DNA of 64,000 nucleotides from Desulfobacterales bacterium (lineage in GTDB: Bacteria; Desulfobacterota; Desulfobacteria; Desulfobacterales; UBA2174), in NCBI GenBank assembly GCA_963668645.2, contig CAXXWC010000018.1:448001-512000 (forward strand), read 5' to 3'. A model generated the notes under the pieces. It was not told where the DNA came from, did no database searches, and saw only the letters and a list, made by a program, of their open reading frames with translations. The position numbers and the translations under genes are program-made. Below, one piece after another: positions 9,261 to 17,883 of the stretch (position 1 is its first letter; each line of letters opens with the position of its first letter).

Positions 9261-9710
9261 TCACTTGAGAAAAGTTGCGATGCGGGTCGCCAGGCTGGCA
9301 CTCATCTTGTTGCCCAAGGGGTTTTTTGCCGCAAAAGCGCCGGCGATGAGGGTTAACAGCCCGCGGACCCCTGTGATCAGGGTCTGGGCCACCTCCGGAG
9401 ACTCGAGCCCGATCTCGCCGGCAAGCTCGATGCTGCGGCCCGCCCCCATGACCAGGCCGGCGAAGACCTCCCACCGGCTTTTGTCGAGCTGGATCCCCTG
9501 GCGGCCCAGGTCGAAGAAGACATCGTCCGGGCTCTTGATCAGCCCGATCACGAGATAGAGCTGAAAGAAAAACTGTTCACGGGGGGCTACCCCTTCTTCC
9601 CAACGCTTGACCGAAGCGGCCGGTGCTCCCACGAGCGACCCGAACTGGGCCAGTGAAAGGCCGTAACGGCGTCGGATGGCGGCGATTTCGGGGTTGAGTG
9701 GAATATTCAT
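9261..9710 (-). CDS. XRE-type helix-turn-helix protein with a hydrophobic C-terminal region
   Basis: IRRRYGLSLAQFGSLVGAPAASVKRWEEG..P. Confidence 0.8.
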   Translation of the reverse strand: MNIPLNPEIAAIRRRYGLSLAQFGSLVGAPAASVKRWEEGVAPREQFFFQLYLVIGLIKSPDDVFFDLGRQGIQLDKSRWEVFAGLVMGAGRSIELAGEIGLESPEVAQTLITGVRGLLTLIAGAFAAKNPLGNKMSASLATRIATFLK

Positions 9711-9728
9711 TTCTCTGCTATTGATTAA

Positions 9729-9782
9729 TTACAGTGTAACAGTTTTATAACACTCCATACCCTGTGCAAACCGGTGTGTCAA
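9729..9782 (-). promoter_or_regulatory. Putative sigma70 promoter and operator for the XRE-YaaW unit
   Basis: TTGACA-N17-TATGGA on the minus strand; TTACA-N-TGTAA inverted repeat at 9729-9739. Confidence 0.45.
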
Positions 9783-9802
9783 CCCCGGGTTTGGACATCT
9801 TA

Positions 9803-9847
9803 CCGATCCGACCGATCAGACGGATGCGACCGATCGGTCCGATCACA
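9803..9847. repeat. Five degenerate tandem 9-bp units
   Basis: CCGATCCGA, CCGATCAGA, CGGATGCGA, CCGATCGGT, CCGATCACA. Confidence 0.85.
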
Positions 9848-9872
9848 TCCGAAAACGTGCTGTGAAATTGAT

Positions 9873-11984
9873 TCAGGCGGGAGAAGAGGCTTTCTTGGGG
9901 TGGCGGTTGCCCAGGGCGGCGTAACCAAGGATACCGACGGTGCTCAGGTTGTGCAGCAGGGCCGAGCCGACCGGGGCAAGAAAACCGAGGGTCGCCAGCA
10001 GCAGGATCAGCGAATTGAATCCCACCGCCGAAGAAAAACAGTTTTCGATGACCCGGTGGGCGTCGCGCACCACCTGCAGCGCCGTGAGCAGGTCCCCGAG
10101 GTCTTCTTCGAGCAGGATCACCAGGGCCGACTCCTTGGCCAGTTCAGATCCGCCGGGCATACAGATCCCCACCTGGGCGGTCACCAGGGCCGGTGCGTCA
10201 TTGACCCCGTCGCCCACAAAGGCCACCGTACGGCCGTTTTCGATCAGTTCCCGGACGATGCGGGACTTGTCTTCCGGCTTCATCTCCCAGTAAAGGTCGT
10301 CCACCTCGGCAAGCTTGCCCACTACTGCCCGGGCCGTCTGTTCATGGTCGCCGGTCAGCACCACGATCCGTTCGACGCCGGCCTTTTTCAGGCCGTTCAG
10401 GACCGCCGCGGCCTCCGGCCGCAGATCGTCGCGCAGGGCGATCAGTCCTGTCAGTACACCGGCCCGGCTGACAAAAAGGAGGTTCTTGCCTTCGCGGCGG
10501 AGCCTGCCGGCCGTTTGGTGCACGCCGCTGCAATCCACGTCTTCGTCTTCTTCGAGGAAGTGCTGGCTGCCCACCAGCACCCGCTGCCCATCCACGAAAG
10601 CAGACACGCCGTGAGCCACGATATAGTCCACGTTGGACATGGCCGGAATGAGCAGTCCGCGGTCGCCGGCGGCCCGCACCACGGCATGGGCCACCGGATG
10701 GGCGTAGTGCTGCTCGGCGCCGGCGGCCAGGGCCAACAGATCGGCGGCAGTCAGGTCGCCGACGGGAATCACATCGGTGACGTCGAGCAGACCGTCGGTC
10801 AGGGTGCCGGTTTTGTCGAAGACGAGGGTGTCGATGCGCACCAGTGCATCCAGGGCCTGGGCCCCCTTGATGAGCACGCCGCGGTGGGCCGCCTGGTACA
10901 TGGCGGTCTTGACCGCAATGGGATTGGCCAGTTTGATGGCGCAGGAATAATCGACGGTCAGCACAGCCGCGGCCCTGGAGATGTCCCCGGTGAGCAAAAA
11001 GACGGCCAGGCCCAGGGCGAGGGTCACCGGTACCAGGCGGTCGGCCAGCTCCTGGCTGCGGGTCTGGGAGGTGGATTTGAGCCGCAGCGAGTTCTCCAGA
11101 AACCGCGTGATCCGGGCCATGCTGGTTTCGGCCCCCACCAGTCGGGCTTCGATCTTGATGCGGCCGTCTTCCACTACCGAACCGGAAAGGGCCTCCTGGC
11201 CGGGATAGAGATGGACAGAGACCGATTCGCCGGTGATGGCGCTTTGGTTTACCGAAGCCTCGCCCTGGACCACCGGACCGTCCACCGGGATGATGTCCCC
11301 CGGGCCGCAGATCACCGTATCGCCGATGACGACCCGCTCCAGGGCCAGGGAGATCTCGCGCCCGTCGCGTTCGATCCAGGCATGTTCCACCGTGGGGCGC
11401 AGCAGGCTTTTGAGCAGGGCCGTGGAACGGTTTTCCGAACTCGTTTCCAGGTGGGCGCCGAGAGATAGCAGCGAAACGATGGTGTTGGCAGTGAAGTAGT
11501 CGCCCCGGGCCAGGGAAAAGCCGACGGCCGCGGCGTCCAGGACCTCGACCTTGACACCCTCGTGAAAAAGGGCGTCGAGTCCGCCGATGATGGTCGGCAG
11601 TCCGAGCATCACGCTCAGAGGGGCGGCCACCGGGGCCGGAATCTTGAGGCCGGCAACGGTGAGCGCACTCTTGATCAGGACATCGGCCAGTTCCGGGCCG
11701 CTCCTGTCGTCATCCGGGGCGGCGCAGTAGGCCTCGGCCGGCAGGTTTGCCAGGGTGGCAAGGACCTTTTCCCGGTTTTCCGGGCGGTCGTCGTAAGCGA
11801 CAACCACGCTCGCCGCCCGGCGGTTGATCCGGGCATGCCGGACGCCGGGCAGGTTTTCGATGATCGCCTGGACATAAACGGCATCGAGCAGCGGGTCGTG
11901 AAGCGGCGGACAATGCACCCGGATTCTTCCGGGCAGTTCATGGGCGATGTGCAGGCGCCGGGCGTCATTGAGGGCTTGCGTCAC
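9873..11984 (-). CDS. fezB: Heavy-metal P1B-type ATPase, FezB-like (P1B-6)
   Basis: N-terminal HELPGRIRV, ITGES, membrane VDYSC, DKTGT, GDGVND and HNLST. Confidence 0.8.
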   Translation of the reverse strand: MTQALNDARRLHIAHELPGRIRVHCPPLHDPLLDAVYVQAIIENLPGVRHARINRRAASVVVAYDDRPENREKVLATLANLPAEAYCAAPDDDRSGPELADVLIKSALTVAGLKIPAPVAAPLSVMLGLPTIIGGLDALFHEGVKVEVLDAAAVGFSLARGDYFTANTIVSLLSLGAHLETSSENRSTALLKSLLRPTVEHAWIERDGREISLALERVVIGDTVICGPGDIIPVDGPVVQGEASVNQSAITGESVSVHLYPGQEALSGSVVEDGRIKIEARLVGAETSMARITRFLENSLRLKSTSQTRSQELADRLVPVTLALGLAVFLLTGDISRAAAVLTVDYSCAIKLANPIAVKTAMYQAAHRGVLIKGAQALDALVRIDTLVFDKTGTLTDGLLDVTDVIPVGDLTAADLLALAAGAEQHYAHPVAHAVVRAAGDRGLLIPAMSNVDYIVAHGVSAFVDGQRVLVGSQHFLEEDEDVDCSGVHQTAGRLRREGKNLLFVSRAGVLTGLIALRDDLRPEAAAVLNGLKKAGVERIVVLTGDHEQTARAVVGKLAEVDDLYWEMKPEDKSRIVRELIENGRTVAFVGDGVNDAPALVTAQVGICMPGGSELAKESALVILLEEDLGDLLTALQVVRDAHRVIENCFSSAVGFNSLILLLATLGFLAPVGSALLHNLSTVGILGYAALGNRHPKKASSPA

Positions 11985-11993
11985 GGCGGCTGT

Positions 11994-12233
11994 TCATCTC
12001 GACTGGGATTTGGGTTGATACAGTGACCAGTGCCACAGCGAGAAGCCGATCAGGGCCAGGCCGGAACTGATGTGCAGCCGGCTGGCCTGGCGGCTCATGA
12101 AACCGGTGGCCACGAGCGTGCCCATGGCGGCCACCATGCCGAACTTGGCCAGGTCGCGTTTTCCCCGCGCCGAAATGAGCGGTTGTTTGCCGGGCTTTTT
12201 ACTCTGTGGCATGGGAATCACCTTGTCCGTCAT
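11994..12233 (-). CDS. Small two-helix membrane protein with two His
   Basis: KFGMVAAMGTLVATG and LHISSGLALIGFSLWH; 10 nt upstream of fezB. Confidence 0.75.
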   Translation of the reverse strand: MTDKVIPMPQSKKPGKQPLISARGKRDLAKFGMVAAMGTLVATGFMSRQASRLHISSGLALIGFSLWHWSLYQPKSQSR

Positions 12234-12338
12234 TTTGGCTCGCCTCTGACCCGCCGCGGTGGGCGCAAACCCGAAGTGCGGGCGGCAGGAAGTGAAAAGC
12301 AGGCAGCGTATACGGCTACCGGGGCTGCCTGCGCGGGT

Positions 12339-12707
12339 TTAACTCTGGCTTTTTTCAGCCTTGGCGTCCCGAATCCGCTCCTTGATTTCTTCGATTCCGC
12401 CGACCACGGCGGACCAGGCAGCCACCGCACCTCTGACTACCGCGTTTTGCACCTTCGGACTGGTGACCAGCAGGGTGGCGCCGGTGCCGGCCAGCAATCC
12501 GGTGATAAAGCTCGGATGGGTCCAGTCAAGCCACGCTCTGGTGGATGGCGGCGGCGCGTCGGGCGGCAGGGGAGGGGGCTGAGCCGCCGTGCCGGGATCG
12601 TGTGCATAGACCGGGTTGCCATCGTGGACCCTGGCCGCCTCAGGGGCCGGTTGTGGCTGGGGGGCGTATCCCGCCTGCTGAGGATATGGATATGGGGTCT
12701 GCATCAT
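12339..12707 (-). CDS. YtxH/FezA-like GxxxG membrane protein with a Pro/Gln/Tyr-rich N-terminus
   Basis: FITGLLAGTGATLLV followed by the helix EEIKERIRDAKAE; RBS AAGGAG. Confidence 0.8.
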   Translation of the reverse strand: MMQTPYPYPQQAGYAPQPQPAPEAARVHDGNPVYAHDPGTAAQPPPLPPDAPPPSTRAWLDWTHPSFITGLLAGTGATLLVTSPKVQNAVVRGAVAAWSAVVGGIEEIKERIRDAKAEKSQS

Positions 12708-13165
12708 TTCTCCTTGCCGGTCTCGGTTTGACCGCTTTGCGTTTTTTCCCGGCTTTTGACGGCCGGTCGTTTCTTGGCGGGCTTTTGTGGGCCGGATGAT
12801 TCCGGGCCGGCCGTCTCCTGTGCTTGCGGCGGTTGGAATGCGCCGTCGTAGAAATATTTTACGGCGGTGGCCGCAGCCAACATGCCGGCTGCCGACACCG
12901 CCCCTGAAACCCCGATCGTGCGCACCACCAGGGTGGCGGCCGCCGTGGCCAGGGCGGCGCCGGCCGATTCGCGCACTACATTCTTGAGGGCCAGGCCGGC
13001 CTCGATCTCGCCGTTTTTCACCCGGCGGATGTTGGCGGCCGAAGCGCCGGCCGCGCCGACGACCAGGCCGACGCCGCCCATGGCAACGGCCGGCGCCAGC
13101 GACGGGGGCCTGTGCACCGCTGGTGTGCCGGGAGCAGGGTACTGAGCATTGCGGGGGTCCACCAT
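12704..13165 (-). CDS. Gly/Ala-rich membrane protein, MamC-like
   Basis: GGVGLVVGAAGASAANIRRVKNGEI and a second Ala/Gly-rich hydrophobic segment; overlaps the next gene by ATGA. Confidence 0.7.
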   Translation of the reverse strand: MVDPRNAQYPAPGTPAVHRPPSLAPAVAMGGVGLVVGAAGASAANIRRVKNGEIEAGLALKNVVRESAGAALATAAATLVVRTIGVSGAVSAAGMLAAATAVKYFYDGAFQPPQAQETAGPESSGPQKPAKKRPAVKSREKTQSGQTETGKEK

Positions 13166-13224
13166 TTCAGTGTCTCCTTTCTACGGGTATCGTTGCAGTC
13201 GCCCACCGTTCAGACGGCGTCCGG

Positions 13225-14004
13225 TCAGGTGGTTGCGCTATCATCGGGTTGCTGATCGCCCTGCTTTTTGAAACCGCCCAAAATGGTGCCGAAGGCGCCG
13301 GAAATTCCGGAACGGACCGTTTCATTGGTGAACAGCAGTGTGACCAGAACGCCGGCAAGAGCGCCTTTCCAGAACTGGCCGTCGAAGCCGTCAAACAGGG
13401 CCGCCATTTTTTCCGCGTCCGGCGTCTGTCCGTTGGCGATGTCCTTGACCACCTCGGCGATCCGGCCGTGGGCATTGCCCTGAGCCTTGTCGGCAGACGG
13501 ATCACGGGGCTGGGAGGCCGGCTCGCTCGGTTGCGCGGAACCGTATCCGGGGACCGTGCCGCCGGCGGACCCCTGGGGCGGGGGGTAGCCGGGATAGCCC
13601 GATGCCGCCGGGCCGTATCCCTGGGCGGCCGCTCCATTGACGAACGGGCCGTATCCGGGCGCAACGCCTGGAGCGCCTCCTGCCTGGGGCGGTGGATAAC
13701 CGGGGATCGGGCCGGGCCCGTGGATGGTGTACGCATCGGCATACCCTGCGTACCCAGTTCCCGGGGGCGGCGGCATAAAGCCTGCGTAGGCGTCGCGGGC
13801 AGGGGCCGGCGACCCGTGCAGCATGCCGGCCGACATGGGATCGTTGGGCGCCTGGGGCCGCCCCAGGACGTATCCGGCAGCGTTGTAGCGGGGAATATCG
13901 TAGGCGTTCATGGCCCCTGGATGCGAGGCGCCGGCGGTCGCATGGCCTGCCGCCGCGCTGCTTTCAGCCGCCGCATGGCTTGGGTCTTCTTTGCAGTCGC
14001 TCAT
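13225..14004 (-). CDS. Pro/Gly/Tyr-rich low-complexity protein with a C-terminal GxxxG membrane helix
   Basis: PGYPPPQ twice and several GYG motifs; FWKGALAGVLVTLL; RBS AAGGAAG. Confidence 0.75.
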   Translation of the reverse strand: MSDCKEDPSHAAAESSAAAGHATAGASHPGAMNAYDIPRYNAAGYVLGRPQAPNDPMSAGMLHGSPAPARDAYAGFMPPPPGTGYAGYADAYTIHGPGPIPGYPPPQAGGAPGVAPGYGPFVNGAAAQGYGPAASGYPGYPPPQGSAGGTVPGYGSAQPSEPASQPRDPSADKAQGNAHGRIAEVVKDIANGQTPDAEKMAALFDGFDGQFWKGALAGVLVTLLFTNETVRSGISGAFGTILGGFKKQGDQQPDDSATT

Positions 14005-14006
14005 CG

Positions 14007-16334
14007 TTATCTTCCTTGTTCGGCTGTAGGTTGAGATTGTCGCCGGGCGCTACCGGATAAAGGCGCGAGGCCTGGGTCCCGGGTTTTCGCTTCCCGCCTG
14101 GCGCGGTCGTTGCGGGGGCGCTGGGGCGTGATTCCCGCTTGGCGGCCGGTTTCACGCCTGGGTCCCGACGGGGATGGCCGGCCGGGGGCGTAGGTGAGCA
14201 GGCGACTGGAATTGGCCAGGATCCCAATGGTATGGGTAATGTGCACGAGTCCCGCCATGACCGGGGAAAGCAGGCCCAGGGCGCCCAGCACCACGCCGGC
14301 GATGTTGGAGCCGGTGGCGATCCAGAAATTTTGGTAGACCACCCTGAGGGTCTGGCGGGACAGGTCGCGCACGTAGACCACCCCGGCCAGGTCGTCGCGC
14401 ACCAGGGCGATGTCCGCCGCCTCGATGGCCACCTCGGCCCCGCCGGCCCCCATGGCGATCCCGATGTCGGCCTCGGCCAGGGCCAGGGCATCGTTGATTC
14501 CGTCGCCCACCATCAAGACCCGGTACCCGTCCGCCTTCAATCCGGCGACGATGCGGGCCTTTTCCTCGGGCAGCACCGAGTAGCGGCACTCGTCGAAGTT
14601 GAGCCGGCCGGCCAGATCCAGGGCCGTGTATTTGGAATCCCCGGTAATCATGACCGTCTTGCGGATTCCCCGGTTTTTGAGGTGCGCCAGAAGGGGTTTC
14701 AGGTCCGGCCGTTCCTGGTTGGCGAAACCGATCACCCCGAGCAGTTTTCCGTTGCGGGCGATGAAGACCTGGGTCAGCCCCTGGGTTTTGACCGCTTCCA
14801 GGTGCCGTTTGATCGCATCGAGGCCGACCCCGAACTGCGCCATAAGCTTGTGACTGCCCACCAGCACTTCCTCGCCGTCGATCACCGCCCGCATTCCCTT
14901 GCCGAGGATGTACTCGCACACGGTGTGGGCAATGGGCGCCAGGCCCCGCCGGCGGGCTTCTTCCTGGATGGCCAGGGCCAACGGGTGGCGGTTGTGCATC
15001 TCGGCGGCGCAGGCCAGGTGCAGCAGTTCGTTCTCGCAAAGGCCGTCGAGGTTGACCAGTTGCCGGATTTCGGGCCGGTTGGTGGTCAGGGTGCCGGTCT
15101 TGTCGAAGCAGATCGCATCGACCGTATCGATTTCCTCCAGGTAGCGTCCGCCTTTGATGAGGATGTGGCGGCGGGCCGCGGCGCTGATGGCCGCGCTGAC
15201 AGCCGTGGAGGCGGCCAGGATCGTGGCACAGGGACAGGCCATCACCAGCATCACGGCAAAGGCGCGCCAGAGACTGCCCGTGAGCGCCAGGGTCGCCAGG
15301 GTGACGGCGAACCCGGCCCTGATCAGGGTTCTGGCCAGCCGGTCGGCCACCCCTTCGATGGACGCCCGGTTTTCCAGGGAGTCTTCCACCATGCGCAGGA
15401 TTCTGGCCAGGTACGTGCGATCGCCGACCTGTTCGGCTGCGACATAGATCACCCCCTGGCGTACGAAGGTGCCGGCAAAGACATTGTCGCCGGACTGTTT
15501 GGCCACCGGCTCGCTCATGCCGGTGATGGAGGCCTCGTCCACCAGCGCACCGCCCCGCACGACCCGCCCGTCCACGGCGATTTTTTCGCCGGTGTGCAAA
15601 ACGACCGTATCGCCCGGCTTCACGTCGTTCACCGCCATGCCGACCTCGACCCCGTCGCGCAGGACGTAAGTCTCCTTTTCGGTCACCTGCAGAATGCTGC
15701 GGATGCTGCGCCGCGAGCGTTCGGTGATCCAGGCCTGCAACAGGGTGCCGGCGCTGGTGATCCAGAGGATTTCCAATGCAGCCAGAGCCTCGCCAGCCGC
15801 CACGGCGGCAACGATGCTGGCGCCGAGAAAGCTTTCCAGAGAAACGTGCCGACGGCGCAGGTCGGCCAGGCCGGCTTTGACCAGGGGCAGGGCCGCCAGA
15901 GCGGCCACCACCCCCAGGGGGCTGGTCAGGGTCGCGGCGACCGGCAGCCCCAGCACCACTTGGCGCACGAAGACGACACCGGCCAGTGCGGTGAGGCCCG
16001 CAAAGCGCCGCCGCGCCGAGACGAGTTCCTGCGGCTCCGGGCCCGGTGGGCCGGCAGAGACGGCCGTGTCCGCTATAGTTGATGTGCAGCGCCGGCGGGC
16101 AAAGTCGGCAACGGCCGATGTGATCGCGAAGCGGGAAAGGGTCTGCGGATCGTAGCGAATGACCAAGCCGCAACAGAGCGCGTTGATACGCGTGTGCCGT
16201 ACCCCGTCCATGGCCGCCAGCAGCGTTGCAAGCGCTTCACGTGCCTGCCGGCTGCGGCCGATCAACGGCACGCGCAGGCGCAGGCGGCCGTTGATGGCAT
16301 GCCGTACGGCGACGATCTGTTCGGTGCGCTTCAT
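14007..16334 (-). CDS. Second heavy-metal P1B-type ATPase (CPC type, atypical)
   Basis: HAINGRLRLR N-terminal domain, MACPC, DKTGT, GDGIND, HITHT; the actuator motif reads ITGMS. Confidence 0.9.
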   Translation of the reverse strand: MKRTEQIVAVRHAINGRLRLRVPLIGRSRQAREALATLLAAMDGVRHTRINALCCGLVIRYDPQTLSRFAITSAVADFARRRCTSTIADTAVSAGPPGPEPQELVSARRRFAGLTALAGVVFVRQVVLGLPVAATLTSPLGVVAALAALPLVKAGLADLRRRHVSLESFLGASIVAAVAAGEALAALEILWITSAGTLLQAWITERSRRSIRSILQVTEKETYVLRDGVEVGMAVNDVKPGDTVVLHTGEKIAVDGRVVRGGALVDEASITGMSEPVAKQSGDNVFAGTFVRQGVIYVAAEQVGDRTYLARILRMVEDSLENRASIEGVADRLARTLIRAGFAVTLATLALTGSLWRAFAVMLVMACPCATILAASTAVSAAISAAARRHILIKGGRYLEEIDTVDAICFDKTGTLTTNRPEIRQLVNLDGLCENELLHLACAAEMHNRHPLALAIQEEARRRGLAPIAHTVCEYILGKGMRAVIDGEEVLVGSHKLMAQFGVGLDAIKRHLEAVKTQGLTQVFIARNGKLLGVIGFANQERPDLKPLLAHLKNRGIRKTVMITGDSKYTALDLAGRLNFDECRYSVLPEEKARIVAGLKADGYRVLMVGDGINDALALAEADIGIAMGAGGAEVAIEAADIALVRDDLAGVVYVRDLSRQTLRVVYQNFWIATGSNIAGVVLGALGLLSPVMAGLVHITHTIGILANSSRLLTYAPGRPSPSGPRRETGRQAGITPQRPRNDRARREAKTRDPGLAPLSGSARRQSQPTAEQGR

Positions 16335-16495
16335 CGGCCGTCTGTTTCCTGCGAGCGGTCGCAGCCGGCCGCCGGACAACCGTTGCACCCGCCGCAGCCG
16401 CAAGACGGCGCCTTTTGCTTGAGGCTCCGGGCGACGGTGCGCCACAGATAGCCGATAGCCACGGCCACAATAAGGACAACCAGAAAAGTTTGCAT
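16331..16495 (-). CDS. FeoB-associated Cys-rich small membrane protein
   Basis: One membrane helix followed by CGCGGCNGC...C; ATGA overlap with the ATPase. Confidence 0.8.
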   Translation of the reverse strand: MQTFLVVLIVAVAIGYLWRTVARSLKQKAPSCGCGGCNGCPAAGCDRSQETDGR

Positions 16496-16680
16496 ATCAT
16501 TCAGGATGAGACCGAACGGTGTCGCATTTAAACCGTCGTCCGTCCGCAAGAGGTCAAAAGAAAGGGACACCGGGCATCCACAGGGCAAGAAGGAGGAGTT
16601 ATATTTTAGGGCGCTTGCGTCTGCGTTGCGGCTTCCGGTGCCCCCAGCTCAAAATCCGGGGCAGGTCGATGCGCCGGATC

Positions 16681-17478
16681 TTACTTCATGTCATGGGCCT
16701 GGACCCAGATCACCGCGTCCTGGGAAAGCTCCTTGCCCTTGAACTCCTTGTCCGGCCCGACACCCAGGGCGCAAAAGCCCCACCAGCCGGCCCGGGGAAT
16801 GCCGAAGGCAAATTCACCGTCGGCGCCAGCCTTGATGGTCATGGTCACAAAAGCATCCTGGGGCGCTTGCACCGCCGCGGCCTTGGCAAAGGCGTTTTTG
16901 TCCATCAGCGGTGCGTGGTTGAGGTACTCCACCTCGATCTCGGCCCCGGGCACCGGTTTGCCGGCGCTTTTGACCACACCCCGGAATACGTTGCCAGTCC
17001 ACAGGGCGTAGGGTTTGTCCAGCGGTACGATCTCGGCCGGCAGGCCCACCTCGGCGTCCCAGTCGGTGGGCAAACCGCCGGTGTTGACCACCGCCTTGGC
17101 GATCTGCTGGATGTAGATCCCCTCGCCTTCCTCGTAGTAGGGGGCCGGAACCAGGCAAAAGATGTTGTCGCCCATTCCGCGCAGTTTGACGCTGGCCTCG
17201 AAGGCCTTGCCGCTGTTGGTCAGGCTGGTCCAGGTGATCGGCTTGAGGGTCGCCAGCAGATCCGTTTTCTTTTCCTTGCGCACTACGAAGAAATGCTCGG
17301 GCTGGCCCATGTTCATGGTGTGGCCGGCCTCGAAGGGGTGGGTGAAGACGATCTTCAGGTCGATGGTATCGGCCTTTTCCAGTGCGCTTTCCGGCGTGTA
17401 GACCATCTGGAAGTGGGCCAGGGCCGGGGCCGCCAGCAAGAGGGACAGAATGGTTGCCACAACGATTTTCTTCTTCAT
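16681..17478 (-). CDS. DUF4198 family exported protein
   Basis: Signal peptide ending ALA-H, FTHPFEAGH, EIVPLDKPY, GWWGF. Confidence 0.85.
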   Translation of the reverse strand: MKKKIVVATILSLLLAAPALAHFQMVYTPESALEKADTIDLKIVFTHPFEAGHTMNMGQPEHFFVVRKEKKTDLLATLKPITWTSLTNSGKAFEASVKLRGMGDNIFCLVPAPYYEEGEGIYIQQIAKAVVNTGGLPTDWDAEVGLPAEIVPLDKPYALWTGNVFRGVVKSAGKPVPGAEIEVEYLNHAPLMDKNAFAKAAAVQAPQDAFVTMTIKAGADGEFAFGIPRAGWWGFCALGVGPDKEFKGKELSQDAVIWVQAHDMK

Positions 17479-17520
17479 GACCTTAATTCCTTTTCTTTTT
17501 GAAATCATTCACGTTCCGAA

Positions 17521-17838
17521 TCATTCCACTATTTCTTTGCCGTCGATTTCGATGTGATGTCCCTCGCCGGCGTCGAAGTGGACCGTGTAGGGACCGGCGG
17601 GCTTTTTGAAGGAGAACTCGCTGTCGGCGTCCATCTTGCCGTTGATCAGGACCTTGCCGCTGCCGTCCTCCACCCGCATCTGCACGCCGGCGGCCGACGA
17701 ACCGTCGGAAAACCCGCCTTCGCAGGTTACCGTCCCGTCGCCGTTCTCATAGCAGGAGCAAAGGGGGGTATGGGCCAGGGCCGCACCGGCGGCCGCCAGG
17801 GTCAATGCCAAGACGCAGATGATGATTTTACTTTTCAT
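17521..17838 (-). CDS. Small exported protein, accessory to metal uptake
   Basis: Signal peptide ALA-HTPLCSC, CEGGFSDGS, FDAGEGH; RBS AAGGAGG. Confidence 0.8.
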   Translation of the reverse strand: MKSKIIICVLALTLAAAGAALAHTPLCSCYENGDGTVTCEGGFSDGSSAAGVQMRVEDGSGKVLINGKMDADSEFSFKKPAGPYTVHFDAGEGHHIEIDGKEIVE

Positions 17839-17883
17839 GATACTTCCTCCTTGATCAGAATAAGATTGCACTGAAAACCACGC

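Noticed and set aside
9803..9847. CRISPR array
   Set aside because: Units are 9 bp with no spacers, and there are no cas genes.
9774..16173. Long antisense or alternate-frame ORFs (e.g. 9774..11468, 14139..16082, 14152..16173, and similar ones across the window)
   Set aside because: They are shadows of real genes in GC-rich DNA with few stop codons and carry no family motifs.
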